From contig CP001330.1 in NCBI GenBank assembly GCA_000090985.2, positions 1,113,874 to 1,145,873 of the forward strand: a stretch of DNA of 32,000 bases, written 5' to 3'. Origin of the DNA: Micromonas sp. (taxonomy: Eukaryota). Below are positions 25,042-32,000 of the stretch, piece after piece. Below the pieces are notes generated by a model that saw only the letters and a list, made by a program, of their open reading frames with translations, did no database searches and was not told the DNA's origin. The position numbers and the translations under genes were made by a program. The number at the start of each line of letters is the position of its first letter. The stretch's first letter is position 1.

Positions 25042-26301
25042 ATGGCTGGGCGGTGCGGACTGCGCGGAACGGTTGCTTGGCTCCTCATCGCCACACTCGT
25101 GATCGAGGTGCTCAAGCGCGGCGGCGAGCGTAGGGACGGCGGGGCGGGCGCCGTGTCGGGCGTCCGCGAGCGGGAACCTTTCTCCCTGCATCGGCAACAC
25201 CACTCGGTCGACACGCACGAGGGGCTCCGGGTCGTGCCCGCGCGCCATGAACGACGGAATGCAGCGTTCGGTCTCGACGGGAGAGTAGCGTCCGGCGCGA
25301 GCAAGACCGTGCCATCTGCCGATACCACGTCCCCAAAGGAAGATGCTCCGAGGTATGGGACGGCTGGGGGTGACAAAGTCAAGGGGACGTGCACCGGTGA
25401 AGCTCATCTGGAGCTCGCCGGAGACGTCGTGGTTTGGGGCGCGGATCACAAAGTAGCAGACGCCGCGGCTTGCTGCGAGCGTTGTCGTTCGAAAGACGGG
25501 TGTAACGTTTGGGTCTTCTGCGGTGACGCGGAAGGCTGCGGCGCGAAGGTTGGCCAGTGCTGGCTGAAGCGGCAGACTCTGTACGAGGGCCTTCCCCCGG
25601 GGGCGATGTCTCGGGGTGACGGTACGCCGTGGATGTCGGGCCACCTGCCGAGATACTCGGACCCTAAAGATGACCCGACGGGAGGTGTCGACGTGGAGAT
25701 GAGAAAGGTGGACATCGCGCTGGTCGAGTCGACTCCTCCGGCTCGACCGCGGGAGTGCGGCTCGCCCGCGGTTGACGGGTACTCGCACGTGGTTCCCGAC
25801 TGCCTGGTCAAATCACGCACCAACGTCGAGTTCGATCGGTCGGAAGCGGCGCGGTCAGAGCAGGTGGCGTGGTACGAGGAACACGCGAGCTACGACGGTT
25901 TGGCGGTGGCGTGGGGAATAGGACACAGAAAACCGACGGCGGCGGCTTGCGCGGCGGCTTGTCGGGCACACAAACCTGGACCTCCTCACCACGGTCCGTT
26001 CGCTGATTTGCCCTGCAACGCGTGGGTTTGGTGTCCGGTGATGGAGACGAAAGGATGCTTCGAACCGGACGCGCACACCCACGGACCCGGGGACTGTTGG
26101 CTCAAGTTCACGGAGACGCCGGAGAACGTGGAGGTGAATCAACGGGGCGCGAACGACGCGCCGGGGACGGTCAAGGATGGCGCGACGTACAGGAAAAGGC
26201 ACCCAGACGCTCCGAGGTTGGCGCACTGGACCAGCGGGGTGATGCTGCCGCCGGGATGGACGCCGTCGAACGGGACGTACGGTCCTAGGGCGACGTGGTA
26301 G
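25042..26301 (+). CDS. Type II membrane/secreted protein with two copies of a cysteine-rich 'CWLK' (PAN/Apple-like?) domain
   Basis: The track start at 24862 is GTG and overlaps the LRRC40 CDS. The ATG at 25042 gives MAGRCGLRGTVAWLLIATLVIEVL, a signal anchor. The two paralogous modules are WGADHKVADAAACCERCRSKDGCNVWVFCGDAEGCGAKVGQCWLKRQ and WGIGHRKPTAAACAAACRAHKPG...CNAWVWCPVMETKGCFEPDAHTHGPGDCWLKF. Confidence 0.7.
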   Translation: MAGRCGLRGTVAWLLIATLVIEVLKRGGERRDGGAGAVSGVREREPFSLHRQHHSVDTHEGLRVVPARHERRNAAFGLDGRVASGASKTVPSADTTSPKEDAPRYGTAGGDKVKGTCTGEAHLELAGDVVVWGADHKVADAAACCERCRSKDGCNVWVFCGDAEGCGAKVGQCWLKRQTLYEGLPPGAMSRGDGTPWMSGHLPRYSDPKDDPTGGVDVEMRKVDIALVESTPPARPRECGSPAVDGYSHVVPDCLVKSRTNVEFDRSEAARSEQVAWYEEHASYDGLAVAWGIGHRKPTAAACAAACRAHKPGPPHHGPFADLPCNAWVWCPVMETKGCFEPDAHTHGPGDCWLKFTETPENVEVNQRGANDAPGTVKDGATYRKRHPDAPRLAHWTSGVMLPPGWTPSNGTYGPRATW

Positions 26302-26468
26302 AGAGCTTAGAGGTGGTTGACCCGAAGGGACCTCCCTTCGACGGTTCTTAGAAGATTATTCGCAGACCTGTTGTACGAAGGTGCCTCGCTTGGTAACAGA
26401 CATCGCTACAGTGTTTGGTCCACTTCATTATCATATCATATGAGGCTCCGGACACTGTGATGTCAGCT

Positions 26469-28616
26469 TCAGTCCCCTTCATCATCCGAGAAATCAAGTG
26501 GTGGCAGCATTGAGAGGTCGAGCGCCGGCACGAGACCGACGCGGGTGACTTTTCCATCACCGCACCTCGGCTCTTGCAGGTTCCCACCAAAGTACCCTGT
26601 GAGCGGATCGCTCGCATCCGAACCCGCGCGAGAAGGAGGAGGCCCAGCATTCGACGCTTCGTTCGCAGCGACGCCAGCCTTGGGAACGGGAACGTCGACA
26701 ACCTTCTCTCTGAACGACCTCACGTCACCGCGTCCGGCTGGTTGCAGCATCGCCGGGGGTTGCATCCGTGTGGGTGGCCTCGGCTGGCGCGCCCGAGGTG
26801 CGCACTTCCTCCACTCCGCCTCAAGCCTGGACGCTCGCTCGAAGTTCCCGAGCCTCTTGTGCGTCTGCGCCAGAGCGCACAGGATGTATCCAGTCTCCCC
26901 GTGGGTGTCGCCTCGTGCTCTCCTGGAGATGGTCAGCGCCCTCTGCAGCCTCTCGACAGCGTCGTGGAGCTGTCCCGCGCGGACCAGACTGGATGCGACA
27001 CGGCAAAGCGCATCCGCAGTCGTCGGGTGCCACGGCCCGTGACGGCGCTCGGCGAGTGACAGAGCGCGCGCCGCGTACACCAGAGCGGCTTCATCGTCAA
27101 AATCGTCTTTTCCATCGTCGTCGTCATCGTACGTGTCGTTAACCTCCGCGTCGATGGCGACACCAGCGGCGTGTAGCGCGCTCAGTACCCTGTATGTCAG
27201 ACGGGCATCGCCGTCCGACACACCCTGCTGGTTCGTGCCGTCCGCGCGCCCGGCTTGTTCGAGAGCTCGAAGGGAGCGAAGAAGAATGGCCTCCTCGTCC
27301 CTCCTTCGCCCGGGCTGAGCTCGCAACGCGCGCGACAGCTGATAGAGCGCGGGAGCAGCCTCCACCGGGTCCGCCTCCTCATCCGCTTCGGCGCTCCGAT
27401 GCAGAGACGCGGGCATGGACGCGGCGAGCACCGCCGCCGCCTTTGAACGTATCCCGCCGACGGCAACGCCAACCTCGACCGCGAGAAGCCTCCGCCACAC
27501 GCTCTCCGCCTTGACAAACTTAAACTCGCGCATCGCCAGCTCAGCCTCTTCCTCCAACCGTCGGGCGTACTCCAGCGCACCGCCGATCGCCCTCTTGCCC
27601 TCGTACTCGTCCCCGTAATTCTCCGCCGGCGAAACGTTTTCGTCGTCGTCGTCGGGCTCGTGGTCATCGTCCAGGCGTCGGTACCTACGCAGCGCAGCCT
27701 CGCGCCTGAGCTCACCGCGTCTGGCGAGCGTCGCCGGGTCGAGCAAGGACGCCGCTGCGAGAACCGCCTCCCGCACACCCTCCTCGCCGGTTAAACGGTC
27801 GAGCTCCGCGCGTTTCTTCGCGGCGAACGCGGAACGGTCCACGCCGTCATCCGTGTTGTACGACAGGAGCTCGGGCACCGCGGGCAGGGGCGGCTCCGGC
27901 CTGAGGTCCACCAGGCCGTCGGGCCGTCTCGGCACGACGTATGATTTAACGCCGTGCGGGTCGTCGTCATCATCATCGCCGTTGGAGGTGAACCTAGGCG
28001 GTGAACCTCGTCCGTCCGCAGCCTTCCGTTCCTCTGCTTTTGCCTTGAGTACGCCCGTCGCGCCCTTGACTTTACTGAACATTTTCCATCGGCCCCTCGC
28101 AGCCTTCGCCGCCTCCTGCCTCTCCCGCTCCTCTCGTTCTTCCTCCTCTCTCCTCGCCCTTTCTCGTTCTTCCTCCTCTCTCCTCGCCCTTTCTCGTTCC
28201 TCCTGCTCGGCTTTCTGCTTCGCCTGGAGTTGCTGCCAGTGCATCCATCGTTCCTGCTCCCAATGTCGCCTGCGGGCGAGTTCGCCCATCAGTATCTGCT
28301 GCTGGCTCAACATGGACTGCGCCAGGACGAGCCGCTGGGTGTGCTCGGGTAGCGCGCTGAGGGTGCCCATTGGGTCTGCCATCATCTCGGCGATGCTGGG
28401 TTGGGTCGCTCTGTGCGGCAATTGCGCGCCGGGAACCTCTTGCGGCCCTACGGGGGCATCGTCGACGGGTCCCGTGAACGTGGGCAACCTCCCTCGGATG
28501 GCGCCGGGATCCTCGCGAGGTGCGGGGGGACCCGCGCGGAACCGCAGGAGCCGCTCGTCGACGCCCCATCCAGGATGCGCAGCGTCGTCATCGTCCTCTC
28601 CGTCGTCGCGATACAT
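26469..28616 (-). CDS. TPR-repeat protein (kinesin-light-chain-like TPRs) with an acidic/charged N-terminal half
   Basis: A 715-aa ORF with ATG at 28616..28614. The C-terminal region is TPR-like (ALVYAARALSLAERRHGPWHPTTADALCRVASSLVRAGQLHDAVERLQRALTISRRARGDTHGETGYILCALAQTHKRLGNFERASRLE). The N-terminal half holds the EERERARREE repeat block and poly-Asp tracts. Confidence 0.75.
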   Translation of the reverse strand: MYRDDGEDDDDAAHPGWGVDERLLRFRAGPPAPREDPGAIRGRLPTFTGPVDDAPVGPQEVPGAQLPHRATQPSIAEMMADPMGTLSALPEHTQRLVLAQSMLSQQQILMGELARRRHWEQERWMHWQQLQAKQKAEQEERERARREEEERERARREEEEREERERQEAAKAARGRWKMFSKVKGATGVLKAKAEERKAADGRGSPPRFTSNGDDDDDDPHGVKSYVVPRRPDGLVDLRPEPPLPAVPELLSYNTDDGVDRSAFAAKKRAELDRLTGEEGVREAVLAAASLLDPATLARRGELRREAALRRYRRLDDDHEPDDDDENVSPAENYGDEYEGKRAIGGALEYARRLEEEAELAMREFKFVKAESVWRRLLAVEVGVAVGGIRSKAAAVLAASMPASLHRSAEADEEADPVEAAPALYQLSRALRAQPGRRRDEEAILLRSLRALEQAGRADGTNQQGVSDGDARLTYRVLSALHAAGVAIDAEVNDTYDDDDDGKDDFDDEAALVYAARALSLAERRHGPWHPTTADALCRVASSLVRAGQLHDAVERLQRALTISRRARGDTHGETGYILCALAQTHKRLGNFERASRLEAEWRKCAPRARQPRPPTRMQPPAMLQPAGRGDVRSFREKVVDVPVPKAGVAANEASNAGPPPSRAGSDASDPLTGYFGGNLQEPRCGDGKVTRVGLVPALDLSMLPPLDFSDDEGD
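28133..28200 (-). repeat. 30-nt tandem duplication (about 2.3 copies) inside the TPR gene, encoding EERERARREE-EERERARREE
   Basis: On the plus strand, ctcgttcttcctcctctctcctcgcccttt occurs at 28133..28162 and again at 28163..28192. A partial third copy follows. Confidence 0.85.
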
Positions 28617-28827
28617 CCCTCAACCTGGGATGTATCGCGGAGGCGCGAGGGCCCACCAACACTGGAGAGTAACGCCCCCGACCGTTGCGTGCCGTCTTTT
28701 CGGAGCGGATCGAATTTTTACGGGCTCGTGTTTCGTTCTGGATTCTCGGAGGAGTGGTAGCGTGATCCTCTACCCCTCGCCCGCACATACCGGCGCACGT
28801 GTCACGTCCGCTTGATGGACGCGCATC

Positions 28828-31311
28828 ATGGCGTCTGGATCCTCGTTCTCGAGGTATTCCACCATCGTCCCCGAAGCCATTGAAGGCGGAGAGGATGCGG
28901 GGAACGGTGGAGGCGAGATCGAGTTCAAGGCGGCACCTTCTTCGTCGACGAGCGGTGGGTCCGATCCGTTCGCCGACGCGGCAGCCATCGCCGAGCAAAG
29001 GGATGCCGAGGATGCCGAATTCTTCAACAGCATAAAGAATATGGATGACCTCGTGTCCAAGACCAACCTGCAGTGGGCGCTACGCGAGTCAGGGGAGGTC
29101 GCGAGCGCCGTGGCAGGCGACGCCGCCGGATCGGCGAGCGGCGGCGCGCAGAAGCGGCCGAAGGCTCGCCCTCGCCCGGCCCCGTCGAAGGAATCCGAGC
29201 CTGGGAGGACATCCGGCGACGGCGCAGAGATGTTGAAGGTTTTGAAGAATGCTCCTGTGTCCAACCCGGAACCCTCGCCCGCGCCCGACCCCGCAAAGGC
29301 TCCGCTGGCTTTGGCGCAGGCTCACCTCATCGCAATGCGCGCAAAGTATAAGGTTGTGGAGGCCTTGCTCGAGGACGAGGCAGAGTCCGTGCCGCAGCTG
29401 CAGTCCATCGTTGGCGGCGACATGAGCGGTGAGGATTTTCTGCAAGTGTGCGAGGAGCGAGCGCTGGCCGGCCGGTGCGGTTGGCCGCTCTGCGCGACGT
29501 CGCTACATGCCCAAAAATCCATTCCATCCTCTGCGGGGAGCAAGGCTAAGCCGGGGGGGAAGTATCGGATCGACACCAAGAACCGCAAGGTGTACCTGAA
29601 GGCGTCGCTCGACATGTTCTGCTGCACCGCGCACAGGGTGGAGGCTGAGGATTTCGGCACGACGCTCGCGTTGGACCTGACAGGTGAAGGGGGCGAGGAG
29701 GCAAAGGAAGCTCTGGCGCCCGAGTCGGGTCTGAAGGGAGGTTTCCTGAACGCAGACAAAGGCAAGGAGAAGGCGACGACGAAAACGGAGAGGGATCGGA
29801 AGATTGTCGGGAGAGATCCAGTCAATTTGCCAACCAAGAACGTGGATAAGTCGTTCGGCAACGTCAACCAAAACATTAAGATGGACGTCTTGGAGAAGCG
29901 ACCGCCCCGGGCAACCGAGGCGCAAGCTCCGAAGCCGCCAACGGTGCCGGAGGGCGTGGACGCGGCGGAGGCGGCAAAGATGATCGAAGGATACGTCCCT
30001 AATAAAGGGATCGAGCCGCCAAAGAAGAAAGGTCCGTCCAAGTTTATGCAGATGCGGGCGAAGGAGAAGGAGAAGCAATCTGGGGAGGCGAGCGAAACTG
30101 TTTCGCGATCGGAATCTCCCCAGCCGAAAGGTGTGCTGAAGAGCGGCATGACACCCGGGTTCCTGAAGGAAAAGAAGGAGCCGGCGGCGAAAGGGGTGCG
30201 TTTTGACAAGAAGCTGGAGACGGGACCCACCGGGAGCGAGTACGAGCAGACTGAAGAGGAGATTGCTGACCTCACGACGAGGCAAAAGAACTTTGAGAGT
30301 GCTTCGCAGACTCAGCTCGATGCCGAGCCTCGCGGGAACGGCGGCGGCGCGCAGTTCTACTTTAACGTTTACGAAGAGGGCGGCGTCCACGAACGCACCG
30401 GGAAGAACGTTCCGATGACGGGCATGGGTCAGTTTTCCGAGGGGCAGATCACTCGAGTCATCCCCGCGGGTGCGGATGGATACGTCGACACAGACGAGGA
30501 ATCCGATGAAAAGGACGTGAACGGTGGAGATTTGGCAAATGACGCGCGTGTCAACGGCGCCATGGAGGAGGCGATGCGTGCCGCCGAAGCGGCGGCGCGG
30601 GCCGTGGACGCCGCCGGAGATGACCAAGGGAAGAAAGAGGCGGCGGAGCTTGCGCTGAGCGAGGCGAGAGAGGCGCTTCGACTCGCACTTACCAAGGCGG
30701 GTGGCGAGGAAAGCGGAGACGAAGGCGCGACCACCGACGGAGAGAGCACCGACGGCGAGGGCAGCGAGAGGAACGCGCGAGGGGGAGGACCTCCCGTCTC
30801 GGAATTCGGGTCGACGTGGATGATGATGGACGGATGGGTTACCCGCGCCACTTTCCATCACCTCGGCGCGACCCTGAAGGACGACATGGATGGAACACCG
30901 GAGTTGCCCCCTCGGATCGGATACGCCGTCCAGCAGGCCAACGCCGCCGCGCACGAGATATCCCGCGCATTACCGACCGTGATCCGGACCTTTGGTTTGC
31001 GACAGAGCCCGGCGTCGCTCGAGCAACCACTCGGACGTATGCTGCGAACATTCTTCTTCGATCGCGCTACTCCGAGCTTACGCCCCGAGCGATGGGCACT
31101 TGTCGCGGCGGTGATGTTAGAGGCGATTGCGACGAGGAAGATACGCGCGGATGAGCGTGATGATCGTCCGCCGACGTTCGTAGAGGACATGAACAAGGCG
31201 ATCGGACAGAACGGCGGAATGGCGCGGATCGTGGAAAATGCTAGGTCGACCGAGGACGAGCGTCGGGTGATGCTGGAGCTCCTCAGGGGCGAGTGCGCGG
31301 GAGGATTGTAG
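28828..31311 (+). CDS. RPAP2: RPAP2 / Rtr1-family zinc-finger protein (RNA polymerase II CTD phosphatase-like) with a long C-terminal extension
   Basis: An 827-aa ORF with ATG at 28828. The Rtr1/RPAP2 zinc-finger signature is VCEERALAGRCGWPLCATSL...GKYRIDTKNRKVYLKASLDMFCCTAHRVEAEDF. Compare human VVEERAIVKLCGYPLC...[29 protein letters not shown] as I recall it. Confidence 0.8.
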   Translation: MASGSSFSRYSTIVPEAIEGGEDAGNGGGEIEFKAAPSSSTSGGSDPFADAAAIAEQRDAEDAEFFNSIKNMDDLVSKTNLQWALRESGEVASAVAGDAAGSASGGAQKRPKARPRPAPSKESEPGRTSGDGAEMLKVLKNAPVSNPEPSPAPDPAKAPLALAQAHLIAMRAKYKVVEALLEDEAESVPQLQSIVGGDMSGEDFLQVCEERALAGRCGWPLCATSLHAQKSIPSSAGSKAKPGGKYRIDTKNRKVYLKASLDMFCCTAHRVEAEDFGTTLALDLTGEGGEEAKEALAPESGLKGGFLNADKGKEKATTKTERDRKIVGRDPVNLPTKNVDKSFGNVNQNIKMDVLEKRPPRATEAQAPKPPTVPEGVDAAEAAKMIEGYVPNKGIEPPKKKGPSKFMQMRAKEKEKQSGEASETVSRSESPQPKGVLKSGMTPGFLKEKKEPAAKGVRFDKKLETGPTGSEYEQTEEEIADLTTRQKNFESASQTQLDAEPRGNGGGAQFYFNVYEEGGVHERTGKNVPMTGMGQFSEGQITRVIPAGADGYVDTDEESDEKDVNGGDLANDARVNGAMEEAMRAAEAAARAVDAAGDDQGKKEAAELALSEAREALRLALTKAGGEESGDEGATTDGESTDGEGSERNARGGGPPVSEFGSTWMMMDGWVTRATFHHLGATLKDDMDGTPELPPRIGYAVQQANAAAHEISRALPTVIRTFGLRQSPASLEQPLGRMLRTFFFDRATPSLRPERWALVAAVMLEAIATRKIRADERDDRPPTFVEDMNKAIGQNGGMARIVENARSTEDERRVMLELLRGECAGGL

Positions 31312-31420
31312 CTGCATCACGCAAGGATGCCACCAAAGGTAGACTATTTTTGGGTTGTTGCCAAGTCGGCGGGTGAGTGCAAAATTGATGTCAAACATTT
31401 TTGCGGTGCCGAGCACCCAT

Positions 31421-31681
31421 CTACTCGCGAGCTTCCATGGCTTCCTCCACTCCCCGCCCCGGGGCCCATACCACGTTCCACATGCAGTCCTCATCATCCA
31501 CGACGAACAGTCTAAGCACGTCCGTCGATGTGATCACCGCGATCGGGGCGTCGTCCTCATCGATGACGTACACGTGGTGGATCGAGTGCGTGGCCATCAG
31601 CGCAACTAATCGACCAAGCGTCGTCTCGGCCCTGGCGAAGATGAGCTCGACGAAGGTCCTGCTCGCTGAGTTTCGAGCCAT
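31421..31681 (-). CDS. Short ORF (86 aa) encoding a single CBS motif, possibly the 3' remnant of a gene truncated by the chromosome end
   Basis: ATG at 31681..31679. ARAETTLGRLVALMATHSIHHVYVIDEDDAPIAVITSTDVLRLF fits one CBS unit (h..lPVvDe.g.piGviT.tDvl). CBS units normally occur in pairs. Only 24 nt separate the ATG from the first full telomeric heptamer. Confidence 0.5.
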   Translation of the reverse strand: MARNSASRTFVELIFARAETTLGRLVALMATHSIHHVYVIDEDDAPIAVITSTDVLRLFVVDDEDCMWNVVWAPGRGVEEAMEARE

Positions 31682-31705
31682 ACAGTTTGAAGCATCGGAA
31701 CTAGG

Positions 31706-32000
31706 TTTAGGGTTTAGGGTTTAGGGTTTAGGGTTTAGGGTTTAGGGTTTAGGGTTTAGGGTTTAGGGTTTAGGGTTTAGGGTTTAGGGTTTAGGGTTTA
31801 GGGTTTAGGGTTTAGGGTTTAGGGTTTAGGGTTTAGGGTTTAGGGTTTAGGGTTTAGGGTTTAGGGTTTAGGGTTTAGGGTTTAGGGTTTAGGGTTTAGG
31901 GTTTAGGGTTTAGGGTTTAGGGTTTAGGGTTTAGGGTTTAGGGTTTAGGGTTTAGGGTTTAGGGTTTAGGGTTTAGGGTTTAGGGTTTAGGGTTTAGGGT
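31706..32000 (+). repeat. Telomere: perfect (TTTAGGG) x42 plus 1 nt, continuing to the window end, with a degenerate unit (aaCTAGG) at 31699..31705
   Basis: Read directly. Every heptamer from 31706 onward is TTTAGGG. The G-rich strand points 5'->3' toward the window end, as expected for a right-hand chromosome terminus. This is the plant/green-algal repeat type. Confidence 0.95.

Noticed and set aside
1-32000. A prokaryote-style novel system: CRISPR array, defence island, operon, integrase, IS element or prophage
   Set aside because: The window shows spliceosomal introns, an intron-containing nuclear tRNA-Tyr with Pol III boxes, organelle presequences, typically eukaryotic protein families (TTLL, WDR18, LRRC40, RPAP2, mL41) and a telomere. 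No direct-repeat/spacer array, terminal inverted repeats, transposase, reverse transcriptase or integrase-like ORF was seen in any frame.

Overview
This window is eukaryotic, not prokaryotic. It is a high-GC (roughly two-thirds G+C by eye, not computed), very gene-dense chromosome end with about 20 protein-coding genes and one tRNA in 31.7 kb. It ends in a perfect plant/green-algal telomere array, (TTTAGGG)n, with the G-rich strand running 5'->3' into the window end.

Gene content includes a TTLL6-like tubulin polyglutamylase (a flagellar function), plastid-type ribosomal protein L9, an RSH2/3-type (p)ppGpp synthetase, a theta-class GST, a twin-arginine lumen-targeted DUF4399 protein, mL41, and WDR18/IPI3, LRRC40, RPAP2/Rtr1 and JMJD7 homologs. 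Together with extreme GC3 codon usage, tiny intergenic spacers, and a few short introns (GTGCG/GTGAG donors, CTGAC/CTAAC branch sites), this points to a mamiellophycean picoalga, most like Micromonas. That assignment is inference; no search was possible.

The six-frame track misleads in four ways:
- Many of its 'M' starts are GTG/TTG/CTG codons.
- Long antisense shadow ORFs are created by GC3 bias.
- Three genes are spliced (WDR18-like, plastid L9, GST).
- One gene (JMJD7-like, 1..791) is missing because it runs off the edge.

I found no CRISPR array, transposon, integrase or prokaryote-style defence island, and I do not claim a new multi-gene system. The most unusual things I can support are:
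- Coding DNA runs to within 24 nt of the telomere, including a single-CBS ORF that looks truncated by the chromosome end.
- A tRNA-Tyr(GUA) has an unusually long (76 nt) structured intron and a 20-nt duplication of its 3' end.
- The RSH protein has substitutions in its hydrolase metal and catalytic residues.
- A ~1.1 kb gene-free interval is anomalous for this locus.
- Several proteins are uncharacterised: a secreted polyproline/PPW[FY] protein, a two-copy 'CWLK' cysteine-rich protein, a DUF4399 lumenal protein and a DUF3429-coiled-coil fusion.
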